The notes beneath the pieces are model-generated. The model searched no databases and was not told the origin of the DNA. It saw only the letters and a program-made list of their open reading frames with translations. Of a stretch of DNA of 64,000 nucleotides, positions 18,445-27,330 are shown in pieces; within the stretch, counting starts at the first letter, position 1; every line of letters begins with the position of its first letter. This DNA comes from Candidatus Binatia bacterium (GTDB lineage Bacteria; Acidobacteriota; Terriglobia; Terriglobales; Acidobacteriaceae). The stretch is from the NCBI GenBank assembly GCA_035638375.1, contig DASRAA010000069.1:19818-83817 (forward strand), in the 5' to 3' direction. Made by a program: the position numbers and the translations under genes.

Positions 18445-18807
18445 TTACTTACGCCCTGCCAAACTCGCCAGGACCAGTAACCCCACTCCGCCAATGACGA
18501 ACAACTTCGCGATGTCCACCGGATTGGCAAAATGAATGAAGTGCACGTCATGGTCCGTTATCTCCAGGGCCCCCGCCGGACGTGCGCTGACCATGCCACC
18601 GCCGCCGCCGCCCGACCGCGGACCGCCGCTCCCTTCGTCCCCCCGCTCGCCGCCTCCCCACCCGCCGCCAAGTCGATACTGCACACGAGCGACGGGGACG
18701 ACAGTTCGACCATTGGAGTGGACCGGTTCACCGAACACTTGCTTCACATTTGCAGTAGTGGCAAAACGCTCCGACAATGACTGTAGGATCTCTTGTACTG
18801 GATTCAT
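18445..18807 (-). CDS. GerW/YtfJ-like protein
   Basis: VFGEPVHSNGRTVVPVARVQYRLGGGWGGG followed by a Gly-rich linker and a C-terminal TM helix. I moved the start to ATG 18807 (MNPVQEIL). Confidence 0.65.
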   Translation of the reverse strand: MNPVQEILQSLSERFATTANVKQVFGEPVHSNGRTVVPVARVQYRLGGGWGGGERGDEGSGGPRSGGGGGGMVSARPAGALEITDHDVHFIHFANPVDIAKLFVIGGVGLLVLASLAGRK

Positions 18808-18918
18808 GCGATGCTCCGAGAGGTTTGACACTAGGCGCACTCCAGAGGTGGCTTGCTCTCCGGCTTTAACCTGGGTCGACTCAGGAAGGTTCTCTTCTGC
18901 GTCAACAAGGAGCTAAAT

Positions 18919-18975
18919 TAGGGCACGACTTCACCCGCGCCGGCCAGCGCAAGAAAAAAATGGGCTTTTCCCCCT
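18919..18975 (+). repeat. degenerate repeat family A copy
   Basis: TTAGGGCACGACTTCACCCGCGCC ... GGGCTTTTCCCC. It shares the GGGCACGACTT and GGGCTTT blocks with 3891-3970 and 21391-21457. Confidence 0.45.
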
Positions 18976-19027
18976 GTGGGAGTTTGCGAATACACCGTAG
19001 CCCATCTCCGGAATGCGTGGGAAAGCT

Positions 19028-19048
19028 AATTACCAATTACCAATTACC
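19028..19048. repeat. heptamer tandem array (3 perfect units)
   Basis: AATTACC x3, lying 15 nt downstream of the recG stop. On the recG strand it reads GGTAATT x3, which places TAA in all three frames. Confidence 0.85.
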
Positions 19049-19062
19049 AGACCAGTCACCGG

Positions 19063-21216
19063 CTATCCCACCTCCACCAACCCATACCTTCGATTCCAAT
19101 GCCCCCGCAAGTGCATCACCGCATTGGCGATCTCCTGCTGGGTGATGTGCTCATTCGGGCCCTCCAGCACCATCTTCGCCTGCTTGCGCGTTAGCTCCAG
19201 CACATCACGATCGCGGAGCAGATTCGCTACACGAAAATCCGGCATGCCCGCCTGCCTCGTCCCGAAGAACTCTCCCGGCCCGCGCTGCTGCAAATCCAGC
19301 TCTGCAATCTCGAAGCCGTTCTGCGTGCGCACCATCGCATCCAGCCGCTCTTCCGCTTCCGGAGAAACCTTCCCGCCCGTCATCAGTACGCAATATGACT
19401 GCGCCGCGCTGCGCCCAATCCGTCCGCGTAACTGATGCATTTGCGACAACCCAAACCGCTCGGCGTGCTCAATCACCATTACGCTCGCGTTCGGCACATC
19501 CACTCCGACCTCAATCACCGTCGTCGACACCAGTACATCAATCTCGCCACGCTGAAACGCCGCCATGGTGGCGCCTTTTTCGTCCGCGCTCATCCGCCCA
19601 TGTAGCAGACCCACATGGAGGCCGGCCAGGTCCTTACTACGCAGCTGCTCATACATTTTCACCGCCGCTTTGAGCTCACCTTCTTGCGCTGCCTCTTCAA
19701 TCACCGGATACACCACATACGCCTGCCGCCCCGCTTTCACCTGCTTGCGCACGAACTCCCACACCTCATGCGCGCGCTCATCGCCCACACGCCTCGTCTT
19801 AATCGGGGTCCTTCCCGGCGGCAACTCGTCCAACAGGCTCGTCTCCAGATCGCCATACAGCGTCAGCGCCAGTGTTCGTGGAATGGGCGTCGCCGTCATC
19901 ACCAGCACATCCGGCTCAGCAGCCCCTGTCTTCTTCATCAACTTGAACCGCTGCATCACGCCGAACCGGTGCTGCTCATCCACAATCACCAGCCCCAGCT
20001 TGTCGAACTCCACCGACTCCTGGATCAGCGCGTGCGTCCCAATCACCAGCTGCGCATTTCCCTGCGCGATATGCCGCCGGATTTGCTTCTTCCGGCTCAC
20101 CTCTTGCGACCCGGTCAGCAGCAGAATGCGATATCCCGCTTGTTCCAGAATTCTTCGTGCCGACAAATAATGTTGGGTCGCCAGAATCTCCGTCGGAGCC
20201 ATCAGCGCCGCCTGATACCCGTTCTCGATGGCAATCACCGCCGCCTCAAACGCGACAATCGTCTTCCCCGACCCCACATCCCCCTGCAGCAGCCGGCGCA
20301 TCGGCGCCGCCTCGCGCATGTCGTCAACAATTTCCTTCAACACGCGCTTCTGCGCCGCCGTCGGATGAAACGGCAGAATCCGCTTCACCGCCTCGCGAAC
20401 TCCCTTGTTGATCTGAAAGCTCACTCCCGTCTGCGCGCGCACCTTGCGCCGCTTCAGCTCCAGCCCCAGTTCCAGAAAAAACAGCTCCTCGAATATGAGC
20501 CGAAAAATCGCCGGCGTCCTTGCCGCCTGCAGCTTCGCCAGGCTCTCGCCCACTTCCGGCCAATGGGCTTGCCAGAACGCGCTCTTGCGATCGATCAGCC
20601 CCACTTGCCCGCGCACCACCGGCGGAATCGCATCCGGCAAATCACCTTCGAGCCGCTCCAGCATTCCGTGAATCACCCGTCGAAACCATCGCGCCGTCAG
20701 CCGTCCCTTGCCAACTGCCTCGTAAATCGGAACGATGCGTCCCGTCTCCAGCGTCTGCCACTTTCGCTCGTCGTCGCTGCCCGCCCTGCCATCTTCAATC
20801 GGATCGTGCAGGATTTCGAACTGCGGCTGCAGAATCTCCAACCGCGTCTCGCCGCGCGATGACCTCTCAACTTTCCCGTACAAGGAAACAATCTGCCCCG
20901 CGCGAAACTTGTCCTTCAGATAAGTCGCGTTGAACCAGATACACTTCAGCGTCGAACCGCCCTGCCCAACCGTCATCTCAAAGATGGGCATGCGGCGCGT
21001 GCGAAACAGCCCTGACCCGCGCACCTCCGCGATGACGCTCGCCATCTCACCCGCCCTCAGCTCGTTAATCCCCCTCGGATTCAGCCGGTCTTCATACCGA
21101 AACGGCAGGTGATACAGCAAGTCCTCGACTGTCATGATGCCCTTCTCCGCCAGGATGTCGGCAATCTTCGGGCCCACACCCTTCACGTACATCACATTGG
21201 TAGAGAGATCGAGCAC
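19063..21216 (-). CDS. recG: ATP-dependent DNA helicase RecG
   Basis: 717 aa with an OB wedge domain, Walker A (GDVGSGKT), DEQHRFG and the conserved helicase C-terminal motif QLRGRIGR. The start codon is GTG. Confidence 0.96.
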   Translation of the reverse strand: MLDLSTNVMYVKGVGPKIADILAEKGIMTVEDLLYHLPFRYEDRLNPRGINELRAGEMASVIAEVRGSGLFRTRRMPIFEMTVGQGGSTLKCIWFNATYLKDKFRAGQIVSLYGKVERSSRGETRLEILQPQFEILHDPIEDGRAGSDDERKWQTLETGRIVPIYEAVGKGRLTARWFRRVIHGMLERLEGDLPDAIPPVVRGQVGLIDRKSAFWQAHWPEVGESLAKLQAARTPAIFRLIFEELFFLELGLELKRRKVRAQTGVSFQINKGVREAVKRILPFHPTAAQKRVLKEIVDDMREAAPMRRLLQGDVGSGKTIVAFEAAVIAIENGYQAALMAPTEILATQHYLSARRILEQAGYRILLLTGSQEVSRKKQIRRHIAQGNAQLVIGTHALIQESVEFDKLGLVIVDEQHRFGVMQRFKLMKKTGAAEPDVLVMTATPIPRTLALTLYGDLETSLLDELPPGRTPIKTRRVGDERAHEVWEFVRKQVKAGRQAYVVYPVIEEAAQEGELKAAVKMYEQLRSKDLAGLHVGLLHGRMSADEKGATMAAFQRGEIDVLVSTTVIEVGVDVPNASVMVIEHAERFGLSQMHQLRGRIGRSAAQSYCVLMTGGKVSPEAEERLDAMVRTQNGFEIAELDLQQRGPGEFFGTRQAGMPDFRVANLLRDRDVLELTRKQAKMVLEGPNEHITQQEIANAVMHLRGHWNRRYGLVEVG

Positions 21217-21230
21217 GACTGCGATGGTAA

Positions 21231-21265
21231 ACCAGTGGTCAGTTGCCAGCAGCCAGTTGTCAGTT
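21231..21265. repeat. heptamer tandem array (5 units)
   Basis: ACCAGTG GTCAGTT GCCAGCA GCCAGTT GTCAGTT, starting 15 nt upstream of the recG start. Confidence 0.8.
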
Positions 21266-21288
21266 GATCTCCATTAGTTCAAGAGGCG

Positions 21289-22103
21289 TGTCATGCTGAG
21301 CGAAGCGAGCCGCCTGGCGACGAGTGGAGTCGAAGGACCTCTTTGCAGGCCACGACGGCTTGGCCGTCCAACTCGCTCACGTTGGGGCCGTTTTGTATCA
21401 GGGCACGACTTCTGTCGTGCTGTATGACGCCGAAGAATACCTTGGGGCTTTAGCCCCAGCAGTAAGTTTGTTCTCAAAACGTCCTAGTCTCGCGGCCTCA
21501 TCCTGAGCAAGGACTCGCCGAACGATGCGCGTCCGTGTCAAAGTCGAGCCGTTCTGCTGGCGTGACCCTGAGCGCAGTCGAAGGGGAGAGCCAAGAGGCG
21601 AGACCCTGAGCGAGGGCAGCGAGTCGAATGGGAACCTGTTTCAGGTTTGGATTACTACGACTGTGGGTGCCCTATCGTGGCCCGGTTTTGGCCAGGGTAG
21701 AGCTTTTCGTTTAGCCCACCAACTTCCACGCCTGCACCATTATGCGGCGTCATCCTGAGCGCAACGCTCGCACTGTTTTTCTGACCTGCTTTTTTTGCGG
21801 AGCCTGCTCTGAGCCTCTCGAGGGTTAGGCGCGCGCGCAGTCGAACAACCTGTTTGTGTTTGGGACTAGGGAGGTATTTGCTCGACCGGAAACGGCGGAG
21901 CCGTGACGTGTTTTTAGGCCTGGGCGCGAGCCCGCGCTGGGTGCGCCGAATAGGACATCGGCCGCGGAGCGCGGTCTTTGCCAATGCTCATTGGTGCCAA
22001 TCCACGGCCGCTTTCGCCTTTTTCTTGAAACCTGAAACTCGAAACCTGAAACTAACTGTGGGTGCCCCCTCCTTTCGCCCTCTTTCGGCAAAAGGGTGGG
22101 AAG
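21289..22103. repeat. nest of at least 9 dispersed-repeat copies (families A, B, C and D plus a heptamer array); no credible CDS
   Basis: Family B at 21289-21341. Family A at 21391-21457 (GGCACGAC-TTCT-GTCGTGCT and GGGGC-TTTA-GCCCC). B-like CCTGAGC...GTCGAA units at 21497-21550, 21562-21590 and 21599-21636. Family C at 21661-21703. A long B variant at 21749-21850. Family D at 21891-21980. Heptamers at 22026-22053. Family C at 22056-22103. Confidence 0.75.
22026..22053. repeat. heptamer tandem array (4 units)
   Basis: TGAAACC TGAAACT CGAAACC TGAAACT. Confidence 0.8.
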
Positions 22104-22108
22104 AAAAC

Positions 22109-22303
22109 ATGCTCTCCCGCTTCCTTAAGCAGTTCGCCGCCGTGCTCCTCGGCTCACTGCTCTACTTCTTTGTGCTGATGCCCCATCTTCCGCCCGCCGC
22201 CCGGCACCAGCCCTTCCGCCTCGATTGGGGCATCGTCGTCCTCGCCTGGATTTGTCTTGTTTTCTGGGGTCTCATCGAACTCGCGGTCCGCCACAGAGGT
22301 TAA
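22109..22303 (+). CDS. hypothetical small two-TM membrane protein
   Basis: 64 aa: MLSRFLKQFAAVLLGSLLYFFVLMP...WGIVVLAWICLVFWGLIELAV. Only this last part of ORF 21854-22303 lies outside the repeats. The ATG follows GGGTGGGAAGAAAAC. Confidence 0.4.
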   Translation: MLSRFLKQFAAVLLGSLLYFFVLMPHLPPAARHQPFRLDWGIVVLAWICLVFWGLIELAVRHRG

Positions 22304-22308
22304 TACGA

Positions 22309-22336
22309 GTTACCAGCTGCCAGTCACAGTTACCGC
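22309..22336. repeat. weak heptamer array (4 units)
   Basis: GTTACCA GCTGCCA GTCACAG TTACCGC. Confidence 0.4.
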
Positions 22337-22365
22337 AAAAAATCGGGGATCCTTTCGCCTCCCCG
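22335..22365 (-). terminator. intrinsic terminator after the ECF operon (possibly bidirectional)
   Basis: CGGGGA (22344-22349) pairs with TCCCCG (22360-22365). On the minus strand the hairpin is followed by a T6 tract (A6 at 22337-22342 on the plus strand). It lies 22 nt downstream of the PDZ gene stop. Confidence 0.5.
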
Positions 22366-22386
22366 GGTTCTTGTCTTACGTCCTGC

Positions 22387-23685
22387 TTACAACTGGTTGG
22401 GATGGCTCTGCTGCCAACTCTTCTGCCATTCCTTCATCTGTTGGTCGAGCTGTTTCTTGAGCTCATCCATCTGCTTTTGGAAAACGGGCTGCTGCTCCTT
22501 CCACTGCCGTTCCCATTCTTGCGTCATCTTCTTGATTTCTTCCGCCGAGGGCTTTATCTGTTCCGCCATCTCCCGCGCCTGTTGCTCCCACTCCGGAGCC
22601 ATCTTCGCCCAGTCTTTGCTGATTTGCTCGGCTTGCTTCTGAATTTCCTTCGACTGCTTCGCCAGCTCCTCCGCCTGCCGCTTCATCTCGGGCTGCGCGG
22701 CCTTGACGCTTTCTTCCACCTGCTTGTGGATCGCCTCCAGCTGCTTCGGATCGAGCTTCGCCATCTCTCTCGCTTGCTGCTCGAACTGCGGCCCAAGCCG
22801 GTTCATCTGCGCCGAAAACTCCTCCATCTGTTGCTCGAACGCTCTCCACTCTTCACTGTCCAGCTTCGAGGTATTCCCCGGCAGGCTCATCTGCAGCGAC
22901 TGTTCTTTCTTGTCGCGAATCACCACCACTGCGACCTTGCCGCTCTGGGCCTTCAGCGCCCGCTTCCAATCCGCCATGTCATGGATCTGTTCGTTGTTCA
23001 CCCGCACGATCACGTCGCCGGCCTTCAATCCGGCGTTTGCCCCCGGACTGCCTTTTTCCACTGTGCGCACCAGCACTCCGCGATTCGGTGGGACTCCGAA
23101 ATATTCGCCCAATTGCGAGCTCAGCGGCTCGACGATAATGCCGCTCCGCACCGCCATCGGCGTCATGATGTGCACATCAACTTCCGGCACGGCCGGCACG
23201 GGGGGAATCGGCGGAAACACAACCGGAGCCGCGACCACAGGATTCAGCGGCGTACGCGGTGGCGGAGGAGCAGGGACCGAAGCCATCTGCTTCCAGTCTC
23301 CCAGCGTCACCTTCATGTCCCGGCTCTGGCCGTTGCGCACAACTGTCAGCGTCACGGTGCTGCCCGGCGCGCTCGCATGGATAAATCCGGCGAACTGGTC
23401 TGGATTGGTTACCGCTTTACCATTAAATGCAGTTACGACGTCGCCCCCCTTGAGGCCGGCTCGGCATGCGGGCCCGTCCTGGTCCACGTTCTCGATCAAC
23501 GCGCCAGCGTTGGCCAGATGCAGCGACGACGCCATCTCCGGTGACACCTTCTCCACCATCACGCCCAGGTATGCCCCAGTGGACGGATCGCCCGGGTGTC
23601 CCGCCCCCAGACTGCTGGTCGCCGCGCCCAACGTCAGCGCTCCGCATAGCAGCAAATTCAAAACTTGACGCATAGCCATACACAC
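22387..23685 (-). CDS. secreted tandem-PDZ protein with C-terminal Gln/Glu/Lys-rich helical domain (no protease domain)
   Basis: 432 aa with a signal peptide and two PDZ-like segments (GAYLGVMVEKV...GLKGGDVVTAFNG and GVLVRTVEKGSPGANAGLKAGDVIVRVNN). The roughly 170-aa helical tail contains the repeated motif EQQAREMA. The start may be ATG 23673. Confidence 0.75.
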   Translation of the reverse strand: MCMAMRQVLNLLLCGALTLGAATSSLGAGHPGDPSTGAYLGVMVEKVSPEMASSLHLANAGALIENVDQDGPACRAGLKGGDVVTAFNGKAVTNPDQFAGFIHASAPGSTVTLTVVRNGQSRDMKVTLGDWKQMASVPAPPPPRTPLNPVVAAPVVFPPIPPVPAVPEVDVHIMTPMAVRSGIIVEPLSSQLGEYFGVPPNRGVLVRTVEKGSPGANAGLKAGDVIVRVNNEQIHDMADWKRALKAQSGKVAVVVIRDKKEQSLQMSLPGNTSKLDSEEWRAFEQQMEEFSAQMNRLGPQFEQQAREMAKLDPKQLEAIHKQVEESVKAAQPEMKRQAEELAKQSKEIQKQAEQISKDWAKMAPEWEQQAREMAEQIKPSAEEIKKMTQEWERQWKEQQPVFQKQMDELKKQLDQQMKEWQKSWQQSHPNQL

Positions 23686-23691
23686 AGCCCT

Positions 23692-24912
23692 CTACTGCCC
23701 TTGCTTAATGTCGATCTGTCCAACTGTCGTGCGCAGACGAAGAATCGGCCCGCCGCCATTCAACTGGCCTTCGCCAAACATTGACTTCGGTCCGTATTGC
23801 CCGCCTTCCGACGAAATCGCAATGCCTTTGAAGGCCGAATTGATTCCGCTGCCGCTCGCCAACTCCGTCGACGCATGCACATCCACACCCAGGTCGCGCG
23901 GCAGATATACCACAATATTGCCGAGCGTGGTGTGCAGATACGACTCGCGGAACTGGTTTCGGCCGCCCACAAACTGCGCTGTAATCGCGCCGCCGCCGGT
24001 CTCGACGTATGCTCCCTGCCCAACCTTCCACAGCTCGACCGAGCCGCCGCCGGTAATTATCTTCACGAAGCCCTGGGCACTTCCTACGCGAACACTGCCT
24101 CCACCCGTCTCCGCTTTCAGACTTCCACCGACGTCGCCGAAGTTCAGGTTGCCACCACCGGACGTCGCCGTTAGATCTCCCGCGCACTTGTTGACTTCGA
24201 CATTCCCCGCGCCGGTCTCAATCGTTGCCGGTCCCGAGGTGCCAATATGCACTTTCCCGCCGCCGGTTTTCACAATAAGCTTTCCGGCCACGCGTTCCAC
24301 GACAATTGCACCGCCACCGCTCTCCAATGACAAGTCAGAATTGACGCTGCCTGCTTCCATCGCTCCGCCGCCGCTCTTTACCGTAACCGCTCCGTCCAGA
24401 TCATTCAGCCTCACCGCGCCTCCGGCGGTAAACGCCATAATCGTTCCCTGGATCGAGTTCAGCGACAGCGCTCCGCCTCTGGTTTCCGCCTTTACGACAG
24501 GCGTCAGGTGCGGAATCTGCACTACGAAATCTGCCGCCAGCCGATTCAGGCTTCGCCCGATGGTCCGGCCTTCGAGCACCACTACATCGCCAACTTTGCT
24601 AGCGGTAATGCGGAGCTGCTCAAACTGCTTTCGTGCAGCTTCTTCTGTATCCGCCGTGGAGCGCTTCCGCACCACGTACGTTACCTGTGGCGCACCGCCT
24701 TGCACCTGCAACGATCCCATGTCCGTCGCGGCGCGAAATTCGCGTCCTGCCGGCACAGTTCCCGTGGTTTCTTCCACCCACGTATTTCCATCGCGAAAAA
24801 TCCGCGACGATTGTGCCCACAACGGCGCGGTTATCACAGCCAAGCCCGCCACAGCCGCAACTCTCCACCGGCGGGCGCTCGCCGTCTTCAATTTAGGTCC
24901 CACATTCATCAA
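23692..24912 (-). CDS. DUF4097-like beta-strand-repeat (putative adhesin fold) secreted protein
   Basis: 406 aa with a signal peptide (AAVAGLAVITAPLWAQ) and many repeats of the type G-G-G/A-x-V/I-x-V (TGGGKVHIGT, SGGGNLNFGD, TGGGSVRVGS, TGGGSVELWK). Confidence 0.7.
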   Translation of the reverse strand: MMNVGPKLKTASARRWRVAAVAGLAVITAPLWAQSSRIFRDGNTWVEETTGTVPAGREFRAATDMGSLQVQGGAPQVTYVVRKRSTADTEEAARKQFEQLRITASKVGDVVVLEGRTIGRSLNRLAADFVVQIPHLTPVVKAETRGGALSLNSIQGTIMAFTAGGAVRLNDLDGAVTVKSGGGAMEAGSVNSDLSLESGGGAIVVERVAGKLIVKTGGGKVHIGTSGPATIETGAGNVEVNKCAGDLTATSGGGNLNFGDVGGSLKAETGGGSVRVGSAQGFVKIITGGGSVELWKVGQGAYVETGGGAITAQFVGGRNQFRESYLHTTLGNIVVYLPRDLGVDVHASTELASGSGINSAFKGIAISSEGGQYGPKSMFGEGQLNGGGPILRLRTTVGQIDIKQGQ

Positions 24913-24917
24913 AGCTG

Positions 24918-25868
24918 TCAGTACACCGTCGGCATCGAAGCCAACAGCCGCTTCGATTCAGTGCGAATGTATTCGCTAGGATCTTCCTTCGCCATTTGTT
25001 GCAGCGCCATGCGCACGCTGCTATCGGCCTTTACCGGCTCCAGCGCATGGAGAGCCCCGCTGCGCACGCCCAAATTGCTGTCATTCAACAGCGCCTCCAG
25101 CACGGCATTGCGCACGCGAATGTCGTCTTTCACAAAGTTGGACAGGCCTTCCAACGAATGCAGCCGCACTCCGGGATTGCTGTCATACCGCAGCGCATAG
25201 GTCAGCGTCTCGCGTACGCGCGGATCGTCCGACTTCTCCGCCAGGGCATCCACCGAATTCAACCGCACGCCCGAATTCTCATCACTCTTCGCCGCAAACA
25301 GCAACAGGTCTTTCACGTGGGGATCGTTGATATCACCCTGCACGCTGCCCGGCATCACCCGGTCATACTGCACCTTTACTGTATTGCTCGACGGATCTCG
25401 TTCAATGGCAGTGACTCCACCAATGGCCGCTCCCTGGAAGTTCTCCGTCTGCGGCGCCACGATGCCGCCTTGGTTATGACGCATCGACTGATACATCGCG
25501 CCCAAGCCACCGCCGAATCCGACCATGAAGATCACCATCGCCAGCGCAGGGGAGAAACGTACCTGCCGTAGCCACGCCGACGGATCAAACGCAAATCGGT
25601 GATACCACGCCCGGTAGGGATTCGTCTGCTCCAGCGCTTCTTGCAAGCGCATACGCGCCGCAGCCAGAAAGCTAGCCGACGGCTCTTCCATCGGCAACGC
25701 ATTCAGCTGCGCCTGAAACTCTCGCTGATCGGCCAGCTCGGCAGCGCACACCTGACAACGCGCAACATGCTGCTCCAGCTCATGCCGCGCATCGTCAGCC
25801 AGCTCACCGTACAGGTAGAGCGTGATGTTCTGTTGTACCCAATCGCAATTCATAAGTGCATCCTTCAA
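24918..25868 (-). CDS. anti-sigma factor (zf-HC2 N-domain, one TM, periplasmic HEAT-like repeats)
   Basis: 316 aa. The N-terminus carries an H-x3-C-x2-C motif (HVARCQVCAAE), followed by the TM helix FSPALAMVIFMVGFGGGLGAMY. The C-terminal repeats are NSGVRLNSVDAL, NPGVRLHSLEGL and NLGVRSGALHAL. It sits immediately downstream of the ECF sigma gene. Confidence 0.8.
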   Translation of the reverse strand: MKDALMNCDWVQQNITLYLYGELADDARHELEQHVARCQVCAAELADQREFQAQLNALPMEEPSASFLAAARMRLQEALEQTNPYRAWYHRFAFDPSAWLRQVRFSPALAMVIFMVGFGGGLGAMYQSMRHNQGGIVAPQTENFQGAAIGGVTAIERDPSSNTVKVQYDRVMPGSVQGDINDPHVKDLLLFAAKSDENSGVRLNSVDALAEKSDDPRVRETLTYALRYDSNPGVRLHSLEGLSNFVKDDIRVRNAVLEALLNDSNLGVRSGALHALEPVKADSSVRMALQQMAKEDPSEYIRTESKRLLASMPTVY

Positions 25869-25895
25869 ACTCGCCAGTTACAGCAACCAGTCAAC

Positions 25896-26468
25896 CTACC
25901 TTGCATCCTTCAGCGCCGCCCGCAACTTCTGTGTCCCGCGGAACAGCGTATTCTTTGCGGTCTCTTCCGTCGTATTCAAAATCTCGCCAATCGTACGTAA
26001 CTTTAGTCCCTGATAATGTTTCATCTCGAAGACCATGCGCTCGCGGGGGGTTAATTTCTCGAGCGCCTTCGCGATTCGGATACCCAGTTCCCGGCGCATC
26101 AGGTCTTTCTCCGGACTCGCACCCGACCGCACATCCGCTACCTGGTCGAGCATGTCGAAGGTCTCGCCTTCGGAGTCAGTGACGATTCCCGAGTCTTCTT
26201 TGCGCACCTGCCGTTTACGCAGGTGGTCGAGACACAGGTTGGTCACGATGCGGTAAATCCAGGTGTAAAACGAGCACTCAAAGCGAAAGCTGCCGATATT
26301 CCGGTACGCCTTCAGGAACGCTTCCTGGTAAATGTCCTGCGCATCCTGCTCCGAGCGCGTCATGTGATAGGCGAGCCGCAAAACCGGCCCATCGTACTGA
26401 CGCACGAGTTGCTCAAACGCGGCATGATTCCCGCGCTGGGCCTCCCGGATCAACTCCGCATCGTTCAT
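25896..26468 (-). CDS. ECF-type RNA polymerase sigma factor (sigma-70 family group IV)
   Basis: Region 2 (DAQDIYQEAFLKAY...FYTWIYRIVTN) and region 4 (LTPRERMVFEMKHYQGLKLRTIGEIL). I moved the start to ATG 26468 (MNDAELIREAQRGN), giving 190 aa; the ORF track extends to 26603. Confidence 0.9.
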   Translation of the reverse strand: MNDAELIREAQRGNHAAFEQLVRQYDGPVLRLAYHMTRSEQDAQDIYQEAFLKAYRNIGSFRFECSFYTWIYRIVTNLCLDHLRKRQVRKEDSGIVTDSEGETFDMLDQVADVRSGASPEKDLMRRELGIRIAKALEKLTPRERMVFEMKHYQGLKLRTIGEILNTTEETAKNTLFRGTQKLRAALKDAR

Positions 26469-26824
26469 TCGGCTCTGGGTCTGCTCCGCCGTACCTCGTC
26501 GTACCGAGGGAGGGCTGGACGGTGTTGCATTTCCCTGCGGTGTGCCGACAAGGCCTAGACCCGGACGCACCGTGAGAGGTATCGCTACCGCTTCGACCGG
26601 CATGCTGGTTCCCGCCCGTCTTCCAAATTCAGCCCAATCTTCGAGCCTGCAATCAGATAGACGGGCTGCCAGCCCATTCGTAAGCGGCCATTATAGTGTT
26701 TGGGACGATTGGTTTCTGACCGGTGACAGCCTTTGCCACGTTACAGATACGACTCGCCACACTGCCAATGTACGAGATTTTGGCGCGGCTTGTTTCCCTA
26801 CAGCGTACAGAGGCAAACCGCGGC

Positions 26825-26879
26825 AAAAATGGCCAGAATCGGCGGCGGCTCGCCTCCTCTGGCCGTCACTTCTTTTTCT
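26825..26879. terminator. orphan bidirectional terminator-like hairpin in gene-free spacer
   Basis: The element reads AAAAAT-GGCCAGA-atc-GGCG-gcggct-CGCC-tcc-TCTGGCC-gtcaCTTCTTTTTCT. The outer stem is 7 bp (26831-26837 with 26858-26864) and the inner stem is 4 bp. An A-tract lies on the 5' side and a T-tract on the 3' side. No annotated gene ends here on either strand. Confidence 0.35.
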
Positions 26880-27301
26880 GCATTATGGGAAGAAAGATTT
26901 CCGGCATTCGAGGATTGATAGATCCTGAGTTTTCAGTGCGCTACCCCTGTTGGGTTTTTTGGGGAAATGACCGGTAGGGACCTAGGCGGCGGTACAAAAC
27001 CGTCTTCTATGATGGCGCGCGTCGGCGGCTTCCGCAAGATGCTGCAATGGGCGCGCCGCCTCACGCCTCGACCAGATGGTGATGATCGACGCGGCCCAGC
27101 AGGCCCGCCCGAACCTCGAGGCTTTGGCTTTCTCGCTCACGAAGCTCCCGATGAACTAAGACGACTCTATATCCACAAGCGAGTTTCCGATAGCTACCAC
27201 AAGAGGGGGAGCGGCCAATCTAATACTGATCATCGAACCGTAATGACCCAAAATCCTGCCTCGATGATGAACGCCGCTGCCAGAGAATGTTTCCCAACCC
27301 A

Positions 27302-27330
27302 TTGAAAACAAAGAATCGCGGAATTAAATT
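27302..27330 (+). promoter_or_regulatory. candidate sigma-70-type promoter upstream of the TonB-dependent receptor
   Basis: TTGAAA (27302-27307), a 17-nt spacer, then TAAATT (27325-27330), in the most AT-rich part of the spacer. It lies about 155 nt upstream of the start codon. Confidence 0.3.

Noticed and set aside
19615-20862. 415-aa plus-strand ORF (also 19565-20170)
   Set aside because: It is antisense to recG and has a low-complexity Arg/His/Pro-rich translation. recG motifs on the opposite strand are unambiguous.
21854-22108. N-terminal 85 codons of ORF 21854-22303
   Set aside because: This part is composed of family D, heptamer and family C repeat copies. Only the final 64 codons (22109-22303) look like a real small membrane protein.
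22225-23668. 439-aa and 321-aa plus-strand ORFs
   Set aside because: They are antisense to the tandem-PDZ gene. Their translations are Leu/Arg/His-rich or Ser/Cys-rich mirror-image artefacts.
23708-24979. 423-aa plus-strand ORF
   Set aside because: It is antisense to the DUF4097-like gene and has a Pro/Ser-rich artefactual translation.
26967-27305. 112-aa plus-strand ORF, and a 52-codon GTG ORF on the minus strand, in the long spacer
   Set aside because: Their Arg/Pro/Gly-rich composition is typical of non-coding high-GC DNA. They have no motifs, no RBS and no hydrophobic or structured segments.
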